NCBI GenBank assembly: GCA_026770705.1
Contig: JANJGN010000052.1
Span: 1,860,001-1,924,000 of the forward strand
Reading direction: 5' to 3'
Origin: Isurus oxyrinchus
Taxonomy: Eukaryota
DNA: 64,000 nucleotides
The notes below the pieces were generated by a model, which worked only from the letters and a program-made list of their open reading frames with translations, ran no database searches and was not told the DNA's origin. A program made the position numbers and the translations under genes. Shown in pieces: positions 49,930 to 61,489 of this stretch (within the stretch, counting starts at the first letter, position 1; each line of letters starts with the position of its first letter).

Positions 49930-52110
49930 TATTCATTTCAGGGATGTTGGTGTCGCTGACTAGGCCAGTATTTGTTGCCCATCCCCATTTGCCTTTGAGA
50001 ACATATGGATATCTGAGTTAGGATCAGGAGTAGGTCACTCAGCCCCTCGAACCTGCTCCGCTATTCAGTAAGATCATGGCTGATCTGATTGTCACCTCAA
50101 CCTCACATTCCTGCCTACCCCCAATGACCTTTCACCCCATTGTTAATCAAGAATCTATCTAGCTCTGTGGAAGGGGAGCCAATCAATCGGGCTGCTTTGT
50201 CCTGGATGGTGTCGAGCTTCTTGAGTGTTGTTGGAGCTGCACTCATCCAGGCATGTGGAGAGTATTCCATCACACTCCTGACTTGTGCGTTGTAGATGGT
50301 GGACAGGCTTTGGGGAGTCAGGAGGTGAGTTACTGTCTGCAGGGTTCCCAGCCTCTGACCTGCTCTTGCAGCCACAGTGTTTATATGGCTGGTCCAGTTC
50401 AGTTTCTGCTCAATGGTAACTCCCAGGATGTTGATATTGGGGGATTCATTGATGGTAATGCCATTGAATGCCAAGGGGCGATGGTTATGAATGGTCTGTG
50501 GGATATTCTGGTACAAAATTTCAACACTCGGACTCCAGATGCAATATTCAAGTGGTTCCTTTATTAGGCATGTGGGGAGCAAACGCTGGGCAGTACAGGC
50601 GCTTCTCCACCGAGGTTCAAATGAGCACAGTTTATATATTTTTTACTCTCAGTTACAAGGTAATGGTATTAGTTAGACAAAGGCCACAGCACAATGACCC
50701 TCCGGTGGGCTGATAATTGTGTTCTTGTTCAGTAATTACAGGGCAGAGACTGGCTATTGTCCTTTTGAGACAGCAAAGAATCTATGTTTGTTCGATACAA
50801 AAGGTTACCGGAGGCTGACTGGATGTGGTTCAAGGCCATCGGACGGTGTGAAATAACCTTCCCCATTTCTTGATTGAGTCACCCTGTGTCCTTGTGTGTG
50901 TGTCTCCCATTTCCTCATTGCAAATTTCCAACTGAGCCCTTAGTACAGGTTTTTAAGTTTTCACGTAAGGATGTGTACGCTTTGGCGCCCTAGCTGCTGG
51001 TCCTGGCTGGCTCTTGAACATAAATCCAAATTTTCTGCACCTTCAATTAGATTCTCTCTTGTTGGAGCTGGTCATTGCCTGGTACTTGTGTGGCATGAAT
51101 GTTACTTGTCACCTGTCAGCCCAAGCCTGGATGTTGTCCAGGTCTTGCTGCATTTGGACATAACTTGCTTCAGTATCTGAGGAGCCGTGAATGGTGCTGA
51201 ACATTGTGCAAACATCAGCAAACATCCCCACTTCTGACCTTATGATGGAAGGAAGGTCATTGATGAAGCAGTTGAAGATGTTTGAGCCTAGGACACTACC
51301 CTGAGTAACTCCTGCAGTGATGTCCTGGAACTGAGATGATTGACCCCCAACAATCACAACCATCGTCCTTTGTGCTGGGTATGACTCCAAGCAGCGGAGA
51401 GTTTTCCCCCGATTCCCATTGACTCCAGTTTTGCTCGGGCTCCTTGATTTGCCACACTCAGTCAAATGCTGCCTTGATGTCAAGGGCAGTCCCTCTCACC
51501 TCTGGAGTTCAGCTCATTTGTGCATGTTTGAACCAAGGCTGTAATGAGGCCAGGAGCTAAATGATCCTGGTGGAACACAAACTGAGCGTCAGTGAGCAGG
51601 TTCTTGGTAAGCAGGTGCTGCTTGCAAGCGCTGTTGATGACCCCTTCCATCACTTTAGTAATGATCAAGAATAGACTGCTGGGGAATTGGCTGGGTTGGA
51701 TTTGTCCTGCTTTTTGTGTACAGGACGTACCTCATAGCCGGGTAGTTGCCAGTGTTGCAGCTGTACTAGAAAATTCCAGAAAAGCTTGGCTAGGGGCGCA
51801 GCAAGTTCTGGAGCACAAGTCTTCAGTACTATTGCCAGAATATTGTCAGGGCCTGGAGCCTTTGCAATATCCAGTGCCTTCAGCCCTTTCTTGATGTCAC
51901 GTGGAATTAATCGAATTGGCTAAAGATTGGCATCTGTGATGCTGGGGACCTCAGGAGGAGGCCGAGATGGATCAGCCACTCAGCACTTCTGGCTGAAGAT
52001 TGTTGCGCATGCTTCAGTCTTGTCTTTTGCACCGATGTGCTGGGCTCCTCCATCATTGAGGATGGGGATATTTGTGGAGCCTCCTCCTCCAGTGAGTTGT
52101 TTAATTGTCC
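49930..52110 (-). mobile_element. CR1-clade LINE ORF2 remnant (different subfamily), interrupted by insertions at ~50000-50165 and ~50495-51045
   Basis: AGVTQGSVLG..FINDLPSIIRSEVGMFAD and LSTIYNAQVRSVMEYSPHAWMSAAPTTLKKLDTIQDKAARLIG. Confidence 0.85.
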
Positions 52111-53759
52111 ATGACTGGATGTGACATCTGGAATGCGAAGCTAGTCTCAGTAATGGTGACCATGAAACTAAGGCCAATTGTTGCAAAAACCCATCTGGGT
52201 CACTAATGCCCTTTGGGGAAGGAAACCTGCCGTCCTTACCCATTCTGGCCTACGTGTGACTCCTGACCCACAGCAATGTGGTTGACTCTTAACTGGCCCC
52301 TGAAATGGCCGAGCAAGCTACTGAGTTATATCAAAACCCGCCACAGACCAGTCAAACCAGGCGAACTGCAGCACTTCGAAAAGGCAGCTCAGCACCCCCT
52401 TCTCAAGGGGTCAGTCAGAAACAGGTAACAAACGCTGTCCACATCCCGTGAAAGAATTTTGGTAAAAAGGTAGCCGTGTATCACCACCCACGGCCAGCGC
52501 CAACCCCCCCACCCCTACCTGATTGCACCAGTTTCAGATGACACCAGGTCAATGAACGGATAGAAACTCAAACCAATGAGATGAGCACAGAGCAGGATCA
52601 AGCCAGAGAGAGTTGGTGGGAAGAATTGGGAAAGCAACAAAAAAGGCAGAGCGGACACTAACACTATAACAAAGTAAAGACCAGAGGAGGAAGGAAGCAA
52701 GTGCGAAGAGGAATTGAGAGTAGAGCTGGTAGGCTGATTGTCGAAGCCAAGAACATCCATAGGTCACACCCACAGTGCTTTTGGGGAGGGTGATACATGA
52801 TTTTGACCCAGGATCATCAAGTTTTGCACTGGCAGAGCCTTTAAAGAAAAGGGACCTTCACTACCCGTGTCCCCCGCCCAACAAAGCTGTTGACATGCCG
52901 AGTCCACCTGTACAGGCAACCTCCAGACAGTTGACTACAAAGGCCATTGCAGCTGCTGAATATGACTTCCAGTTTCAAAACCTTCATGAATACAAGGATG
53001 GGGGATTCAGCAGGAATATTCCTGCACATCCTGTGGCAGATCCTGTAAATAAAAGGGACCTTCACTCACTCCTCAAAGCTGCTGACCTGCTGATTCACAT
53101 CTACAGGCAACCTCCAAACAGTCGACTAGAGAAGACAATGCAGCTGCTGAATGTGACTCCTAGTTTCAAACCCTTCACTCTGGAAAGAAGGAATCCAGAG
53201 CAATGGGCCTCACTATGATACTTGACAGAAACTGATTTTAAATCTCATGTCTAAGTATTATTTTTCCTTTGCTTACATTTTAATCCCTGCACCTGATGGC
53301 TTTATCGCTTCAACTTAAATAACTTTCAGCAGGAGCCAGGTTCAAATTGAATGGACAAGCAGGCTTGGGGGGCCAAAAGGCCTACTCCTGCTTCTGTTTA
53401 TTTATGTTTGTGTTGTTATGTAGTGGAACTAGAGAGGTTATAGCAGTTATGAGAACATTAAGCACACAGCAGCAAGAATTGAACACCTACGATGTGGTTT
53501 ATGAAAAGGTTTTCAACCTGGTCAACTGGTAAAATCTGTTGAAAGTGGGCTATCATGGCGTGTGCCCTTTGTGAGATATTTGTAACAACGTTCTCGATGT
53601 CGGAACATTTTGCATTGAACAAAGCTGATCTTTACCCAGAACTTCAGAGGAAGGGGGGACAATTGTTCCCTGGTGTGGGGGGCATGGTGGGGGGGGAGGG
53701 TGAGGGGGAGACAAGTAGCCTGAAATACCAAGCCAGACACTTTGTGAAGACAAAAGTTG

Positions 53760-53765
53760 TTTATT
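53760..53765 (-). terminator. Candidate poly(A) signal of the hepcidin-like gene
   Basis: TTTATT on + (AATAAA on -), ~900 nt past the stop codon. Confidence 0.3.
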
Positions 53766-53959
53766 CATTTTTTTTACAAATCATAATCTTTGCAATTAAA
53801 GTCCCGACAAGATGATGGTGAATCATGAACACATTGTCGGGGTGAATCTGTGCCCGGGAGCATAAAGCAGCAAAATCAGGAGCCCGCTTTACATCTCTCT
53901 GAATTTTAACTATCATTAACCCCAGTAACATCCATTCAAATGACTTAGTCATAAGATTC

Positions 53960-54355
53960 CTCACACATTCACTTGCACACTCACACACCCACACCCACAC
54001 AGACACACTGACACACTCACTCATTCACATTGACACACACTGACACAGTCACACACACCCACACAGACACACTGACACACTCACTCATTCACATTGACAC
54101 ACACTGACACAGTCACACACACCCACACAGACACACTGACACACTCACTCATTCACATTGACACACACTGACACAGTCACACACACACATACACACACAC
54201 ACACACGCTGACACAATCACACACATTCACATTGACACGCACTGACAGTCACACATACACACACACACGCTGACACAATCACACACATTCACATTGACAC
54301 ACACATATTGACAGTCACACACACACGCTCATAAAGACAGACACAAACACAGTCA
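53960..54355. repeat. CA-rich minisatellite (~64-bp higher-order unit)
   Basis: acacagacacactgacacactcactcattcacattgacacacactgacacagtcac.. three times, plus degenerate copies. Confidence 0.85.
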
Positions 54356-54657
54356 CGTGAGGTGAATAGTGTCGATGTATTTAAGGGGAAGCTGGATAAA
54401 CACACGAGGGAGAAATGAATAGAAGGATATGGTGATGGGGTGAGATGGAGAAGGGGTGGGCGGAGACTCGTGTGGAGCAGAAACTCCAGCATGGAACAGA
54501 TGGGCCGAATGGCTTCTTTCCCTGCTGTAAAACGCAGGTAAAGTTTCAGTTGGAATTAATGAACAGGGCCTGTGTGAAATAGATTGCTAAGCAGTAGATA
54601 AGGAGGGGAGAGGCTGTGGCATGGTGCAGGATGACCTTGCGTGAATGAGGCCAGGGT

Positions 54658-54774
54658 CTAATATCTACAGCAGAGACCACAAGTCTCATTTGGTTCTCTC
54701 CAATTACAGCAGTTACAGCAGAATCTGCAGAGCTGCTGTCTGCTCATTCTGTTCTGGCGCTGCAGCAAGGAGCC
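54658..54774 (-). CDS. HAMP: Hepcidin-like exon 3: GSLLQRQNR/MSRQQLCRFCCNCCNWREPNETCGLCCRY*
   Basis: Acceptor cttttccag, phase 0. Eight-Cys hepcidin pattern C-x2-CC-x-CC-xn-C-G-x-CC, preceded by R-x-x-R; TAG stop. Confidence 0.9.
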   Translation of the reverse strand, partial: GSLLQRQNRMSRQQLCRFCCNCCNWREPNETCGLCCRY

Positions 54775-54864
54775 CTGGAAAAGCAGGAGCACAATAGGTG
54801 AGAACATTCCGGAAAGAAAGAAGGCATCATTTCAATCAGGCGCGTCATTGGAAGGAGGATGGCG

Positions 54865-55590
54865 CATTTCTATAGCGCCTTTCCCCTCCTCGGGATGGCC
54901 CAAAGTGTTCCACAGCTGAAGGAAGGACTTTTTCTGAAGTGAGCTCACCGCTGTAATGTAGGAAACGCAGCAGGCAATTCACGCACAGCAAGATCCCACA
55001 AACAGAAATGTGATAATGGCCCCGATTTTCAGTTTTTTACCAATGTCAGTTGAGGGATAAATGTTTGCCCCAGGAAAGCAGACATAACTCCACCCCATCC
55101 AGCCCCCACCACCCCCTCCACACATAACCCCAACTCCTGACGCACTTCATTTAAATTGTGGCCATGGAATCCCCTACATCCATCTGAGAGGGCAGATGTT
55201 GTCTCAGTTTAACATCTCATCTGAAAGACAGCGCCTTCAACAGTGCAGCATCCCCTCAGTACTGACCCTCCGACTGTGCAGCACTCCCTCAGTACTGACC
55301 GTCTGACAATGCAGCACCCCCTCAGTACTGACCCTCCGACTGTGCAGTCCCCCGCCGGGACTGACCCTCTGACAGTGCAGCACTCCAAGACTGACCGTCT
55401 GACAATGCAGCACCCCCTCAGTACTGACCCTCCGACTGTCCTGCCCCCCCGCCGGTACTGACCCTCCGACAGCTCGGTAATTTCTCAATTACGCCTGGTG
55501 GTCCTTTTAACTCAGAGCTGAGAGTTGCAGAGAATCGAGCAGACACCCTGAACTGACACTTGCAGTGCAAGTACTGGGAGCGCGCTGGTC
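54865..55590 (-). mobile_element. DeuSINE (SacSINE1/AmnSINE1-like) with internal 33-bp expansion
   Basis: Reverse complement of Deu-domain sequence (..tctgccctctcagatggatg..atttatccctcaac..). Other copies at ~57325-57980 (-) and ~63250-63530 (+). Confidence 0.65.
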
Positions 55591-57167
55591 ATTATCATGC
55601 TGCTGTCTGTGGGATCTTACAGTACGCCAATGGCTGATTCTTTTCCCACAGTACATCAGTGACCTCACATGAAAGAAAAAAAGCACTTGATTGTCTGCGA
55701 AACAGTTTGGGACGTCCTGATGTGTTGGAAGGCGCTAGAGAAATGCAAGAGTTGACGTTTCGAGTCCTCATGACCCTTCTGAGGACTCGAAACGTCAACT
55801 CTTTTCTTCTCCGCCGATGCTGCCAGACCTGCTGAGTTTTTTCAGGTAATTCTGTTTTTGTTTTGGATTTCCAGCATCCGCAGTTTTCTTTGTTTTTATA
55901 GAGAAATGCAAGTCCTCTTTGTCTTTCACTCGATCCTCTAAGGTGTCTGTTGATTAACCAGCCTCTCGGTGTATGATGTAGGCCTGGTTATAAACAGTTA
56001 GAAGGATCAAATATCAAAAGTGCTTTGGCTGACAGTCAAACCGATTGTGCATTCGGAGAGATTAGATACGGTCTGCACACAATGACTCCAGTCTCTGGCA
56101 CTGACTGCCGCCTGGGGTCTCCCTTCCACATAACACTCACAACTTGCATTTACACAGCGCCTCTGACATTGCAAAATGTCCCAGCCCACATTACCGGAGC
56201 GTAAATCAGAGAGAAGTCTAACACTGAGTCACATATGGAGATATTAGGGATAGGTGACCAAAAGCTTGGTCAAAGATGTCAGTTTTTAAGGAGCGTCTTA
56301 AAGGAGAGAGAGAGAGAGAGGCAGAGAGGTTAAGGGAGGGTATTCCGGAGCTCAGGGCCCCAGGCAGCTGAAGGCACGGCCGCCAATGGTGGAGCGATGG
56401 GAATCAGGGGGACCCGGGAGATGCAGTAATTTCAGAGATTTTGGAGGAACATCGGGACCGGAGGAGGTGTTCTCCTGCTCCATATCTCTCTCTCTCTTCC
56501 TCTCATCCACTCCTCCTCTCCCTGTCTCTCTCTCTCCTACTCTTCCGCTCAATTGCCCTCTCTCCCAATCTTTCTCTCCTCTCTCCCTTTTCCTGTCTCT
56601 CTCCCTCTCTCTCCCCTGTCTCCTTCTCCCACTCTGTATCTCTCCCTCTCTCTCACACTATTTTTGTACCTTTCGCTCACTCTGTAACTCTCCCTTCCCT
56701 GTTAATTTCTCTCTCTTGGACAATCTCTCTTCCCTTTTCACTTTCCCTCACTCTGCATCTCTTTAATTTCTCCCTCTGTCACTCTCTCCCACCTATGTTC
56801 TTTCCCTTTCACCCCTCCCCGTCCCACTCTCTGTCTCTCTCTTCCAATCCCTCCCTCCCCCATTCCATCCCTCTCTCCGACTCTCGACTCCCAGCCTCTC
56901 TTTTTACCCACTCCCAGGCTGGATCAGTCTCCCTCTCACTATTCCCGGCGTGGGTTACATTTAAAATTCCTGTGGGGATATGTTCACTTCCTTGGAATTG
57001 CCTCTTCCCAGCTTTGCAAAAAAAGTTGGGGGGGGGCTCGATTTCAAACCTGCCTCCTGAGTATAACCGAGACAGACTGCCACTGAAATCAGCTTGAAAT
57101 CAGAAAACTTTCTGTGGAAGAAACGAGCAGGGAGAAACCTTAAAATAAGGAATGAATTTCCACCTAC

Positions 57168-57224
57168 CGTGTCCGGGGAATCCACAGATTTCTCAATCGT
57201 CGAAGAACCTAAAGCAGTGTCAAC
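57168..57224 (-). CDS. HAMP: Hepcidin-like exon 2 (propeptide VDTALGSSTIEKSVDSPDT)
   Basis: 57 nt, phase 0-0, ctttctttttgcag| ... |GTAGGT. Size and phase match hepcidin exon 2. Confidence 0.75.
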
Positions 57225-58049
57225 CTGCAAAAAGAAAGAATTTATCAGGGAGAAAGTGAGAGGAGGATTGAGGGAGAGGGAGAGAGAGAGAGAGAGGTAC
57301 AGGAGAGAGAGGGGGAGGAGGACAGACTTGCATTTCTCTAACGCCTTTCACCACATCCCAAAGCATTTCACAGCCACTGAAGGATGTTTTTGAAGTGCAC
57401 TCACACTGTAGGAAATGTGGCAGCTGATTTGTGCACAGCAAGATCCCACAAATAGCAATGTGATCATGGCCTAGATCATCTGTTTTTGGTGATGTTGGTT
57501 GAGGGATAAATATTGGTCCCAGGACACCGGGGAGAACTCCCCCTGCTCTTCCTCCAAATAGTGGCTGTGGGATCTTTCACACCCGCCCGAGAGGGCAGAC
57601 GGGGGACTCGGTTTAGTGTCTCATTCAACATTGTTGTGCTCCCTCAGTACTAACCCTTTGACACTGCAGCACTCCCTTAGTATTAACCCTTCGATAGTGC
57701 TGCACTCCCACAGTATTGTCCCTCCGTCAGTGCAGCTCTATTTCAGTACTAACCCTTTGACACTGCAGCACTCCCTCAGTACTAACCCTTCGATAGTGCT
57801 GCACTCCCACAGTATTGTCCCTCCGTCAGTGCAGCGCTCCCTCAGTACTGACCCTCCGACACAGCAGCACTCCCTCAGTACTGACCTCCGACAGTATAGC
57901 ACTCACTCAGTACTGTCCCTCCAATAGTGCAACACTTCCACACTACTGACCCTCTGACAGTGCAGCACTCCCTCAGCACGGAGTGTTGACCGACGTTATG
58001 GGACTGAATTCCCTGGAGTGAGACTCAGACCAGAGATTTAGGTGGGGTT

Positions 58050-58860
58050 GTTCCGGCTGGAGGAGGTTACAGAGATAGGGAGGGTTGTAGAGGCTGTAGG
58101 AGGTAACAGAGATAGGGAGGGTTCTAGAGGCTGTAGGAGGTTACAGAGATAGGGAGGGTTGTAGGGGCTGTAGGAGGTTACAGAGATAGGGAGGTGTGTA
58201 GGGGCTGTAGGAGGTTAAAGAGATGGGGGGGTTGTGGGGGCTGGAGGAGGTTACAGAGGTAGGGAGGGTTGTAGAGGCTGGAGGAGGTTACCAAAATAGA
58301 TACTGTTGTAGGGGCCACAGTAGGTTACAGAGATAGGGAGAGTTATAGTGTGGAGAGGACGTTATAGAGTTCATGAGCATTGTAGGGGCTGGAGGAGGTT
58401 ACAGTGATTCTGAGGGTCGTGGGGCCTGGAGGAGGTTACAGAGATAGGGAGGGTTGTAGGGTCTGGAGGAGGTTACAGAGATAGGGAGGGTTGTAGGGTC
58501 TGGAGCAGGTTACAGAGATAGGGAGGGTTGTAGGGTCTAGAGGAGGTTACAGTGATCATGAGGGTTGTGGGGCCTGGGGGAGGTTACAGAGATAGGTAGG
58601 GTTGTAGGTGCTGGAGGAGGTTACAGAGATAGGGAGGTTTATAGGGGCTGGAGGAGGTTACAGAGATAGGGAGGGTTGTAGGGGCTGGAGGAGGTTACGG
58701 AGATAGGGAGTGTTGTAGGGGCTGGAGGAGGTAACAGAGATAGGGACAGTTGTAGGGGCTGGAGGAAGTTACAGAGATAGGGAGGGTTGTAGGGGCTGGA
58801 GGAGGTTACAGATATAGGGAGGGTTGTAGCGGCTGGAGGAGGTTACAGAGATAGGGAGTG
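58050..58860 (-). repeat. 37-bp L2-derived minisatellite array
   Basis: GGAGGAGGTTACAGAGATAGGGAGGGTTGTAGGGGCT tandem, about 20 copies. Confidence 0.95.
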
Positions 58861-59059
58861 GCTGAGGAGGGATTGAAAACAAGAATGAGAATTTCAGGGG
58901 AAACGACAGAAGGAAATGATGTTAAATTCATAGAGGGCGATAATATTAAAGGCACGAACATAATAATATCAAACTGCGGAAGTGACCAGTCTATCTGGGT
59001 GGTAGACGTAGAGTCATGTGCAAGAAACACCTCACCCAGAGGGACATCTCTTAGCTTAC

Positions 59060-59152
59060 CCTCGACAAGGAGAAGAAGTGACTCAGCTGCAGGGAGAGCA
59101 GCAAAGTCAGAGTGAACAAGACAAGTCGCCATTTCATCTGGGAGCTTCCCAT
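59060..59152 (-). CDS. HAMP: Hepcidin-like exon 1 (signal peptide MGSSQMKWRLVLFTLTLLLSLQLSHFFSLSR)
   Basis: In-frame ATGs at 59152 and 59137, hydrophobic core, phase-0 donor AGG|GTAAGC, TATA box upstream. Confidence 0.82.
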
Positions 59153-59223
59153 CTCTGCCTGTCTCTTCTGATCTTCTGGCTCTGCTTTGATGCTTTGGTT
59201 TGTAACTAGAGGAGCTTCCTGCT

Positions 59224-59435
59224 CTTATACCTGAAACACTTGAAGGGGACAGCCGGGGGCGGGTTGCTGTGTGGTATCACACCCATTTCTGGATATTGCA
59301 GTGTCGATGTTCCCTGTCCCACTGGCCTGGGACCAGCAGTAAGGTCACTGGGACATTGACTGTCTGGCGCCGAGAACTATCAGTCCCTCCGCAACGCCCT
59401 TCACCTTGTGCAAATATGTGTTCATATTGACGCAA
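59224..59435 (-). promoter_or_regulatory. Hepcidin-like promoter: TATA (59224-59229), GC box (~59255-59263), BMP-RE-like GGCGCC (59366-59371) with adjacent AGAC, C/EBP-like TTGCACAA (59406-59413)
   Basis: Motifs read directly on the - strand, upstream of exon 1. Confidence 0.6.
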
Positions 59436-59814
59436 CACAACATAGCAAAAACATAGGGGCTGGTTCTTATGTCGGCAGATCAGGTGAACCGCATGCCCCC
59501 TAACCCCTTAATCCTCTCATTGCTACACTTACTATTTTACAAATTGTGTGCGTTGCTTTTATTTTGGACAAGGGGCCTCGAGGGGGAACTGATTTACGCT
59601 GAGATTTAGGGGTTAACAGCCATGTCATGTGTTGATCGGTCAGTGTTTACCATGTGGAGACTGTCTGTCACCAGCTTTGTTCATGGTTTATCCAGGAACA
59701 TTGAAGGGCATGAACGTTCTTGCTTTGTATGGAACAAGTCACCAACTGGGTTCAGTCATCGACTCAGACTCACATCAACATAAACTGGCTTCTGACAGGT
59801 AAGTTTCTATTACA

Positions 59815-60420
59815 TGAGGGTAGGAGGAGGCCATTTGGCCCCTCGAGCCTGCTCCACCATTCAATGAGATCATGGCTGATCTGCAAACTAGCCCCATATG
59901 GCTTTGTCCCATCTCCTTTAATACCTTTGGATAACAAAAATCTATCAGTCTCACAGGTTTAAAATGAACAACTTGATCGTGCATCAGTTTCAGTTTGGGG
60001 AAGAGAGTTCCAAATTTCTCCCACCCTTTGTACTTCCTAATTTAATTCCTTTTTAGGCTCTGACCCCGAGTCCCAGACTCCCCCCAACCAGGGGAAATGG
60101 TTTCTCTTTATCGCCCCCGATCTGTTCCCCTTAATATCATGCAAACTTTCATCAAATCTCCTGCTTAACATTCTAACTTCCAGGGAATACAAGCCGAGTT
60201 TGTGTTTAATCTCTCCTTGTGATTTAACCCTTGGAGTCCCGGTCTCATTCTGGTAAACTGACACTGCTCTCCCTCCGAGGTCAATATATCCTTCCTAAGG
60301 TGTGGGGCCCAGAATGTCTCACAGTGACTCCAGGTGTGGTCTAGCCAGGGCTTTATGTAGACTGAAGCATGACCTCTGCCCCCTTATATTCTAATCCGTG
60401 AGATAGAAAGGGCAGAGTTC
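59815..60420 (-). mobile_element. CR1 3' fragment
   Basis: aggccatttggcccctcgagcctgctccaccattcaatgagatcatggctgatc tail; LGLYSLE..; GLEYKGAEVMLQ. Confidence 0.7.
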
Positions 60421-61489
60421 CAGAATTGTTGTGTTTATTCGACAACAGAATAACAGAGGAAGGTTTCCTCTCTGCCCTCTTCAGCCCCACTGGGAAGGTC
60501 AGGATGAGAAGGTTGGGCTGGGTCCCCTGTACTGGACACTCGCTGAATCTTCCAATGATAGTTCTGGGCTGGATTTCAAAACGCATAGACAAGGATTCAG
60601 TGTTCCATCACATTCTGCCTTTGTCTCTTTTCCTCTCGTTCTCTTTCTCTACCATCCTCTCTCTCTATCTATCTATCTTTCTCCTCATTCTCTCCTGCTT
60701 CATCTCTATCACTTTCTTTCTACTTCTTTGTGTGTCTCTGTCTGTCTCTCTCTCTCACTCTTTCTTTCCTTGTCCTTATCTCTTTCAGTGTCTCCCTCTT
60801 TCTCTCTCTCTCTCTCTCTCTAAATGTGACCCTCTCTAACAGTTTGGCCCAGTACTCTTATTTCCCTGTGTTACTGGTGTTCCATTTGAAGGTATACAAG
60901 ACCAGATCAGACCAGAATGTTTATTTTCCAGTGTTTACTGTGTTTTTTTCATTCTGGGTGTCTCTCGACTCTGTCTGTCCCTCTCTGTCCTTTTATTTCA
61001 TTCTTTCATGTGATGTGGACATCACTGCCTAGGCCAGCATTTATTGCCCAACCCTAATTGCCCTTGTTCAGAGGCCACTTTTTAAAAGTGAACCACATTG
61101 CTGTGGGTCTGGAGTCACATGTAGGCCAGACCAGGTAAGGACAGCAGATTTCCCTCCCTAAAGGGCATTTGTGACCCTAATACAAGAATCGGCAATGGTT
61201 TCCTGGTCATCATCGGACTTTTAATTCCAGGTTTTTATTGAGTTCAAATTCCACCAACTGCTGTGGTGGGATTCTAACCAGGGTCCCAGGAGCATTACAC
61301 TGGGTCTCTGGATTACTGGTCCAGTGAAAATACCATCAGGCCAACACCTCCCCACTCTTCCCTTCCACCATCTTTCACACTTGTTCTCTCTCTCTCACTC
61401 TCCTTCTCTCTTCTCCCTCTCTCAGTCTCTGTCTGTCTCTCAATCTCTCTATCGCTCTCTATCTCCTGGAGGCTCTCTCTCTGACTGTC

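Noticed and set aside
52775-53218. 147-aa ORF with an internal repeat (KRDLH twice)
   Set aside because: Produced by a diverged ~200-bp tandem duplication whose copies are not kept in the same frame. No splice or domain support; probably repeat-derived.
54710-54797. Plus-strand exon (cag|...ag|gtgag)
   Set aside because: Uninformative translation; the minus strand gives a hepcidin Cys pattern in phase with two upstream exons.
58806-59132. 108-aa minus-strand ORF MATCLVHS...
   Set aside because: Alternative frame over hepcidin exon 1 that runs into intron and minisatellite.
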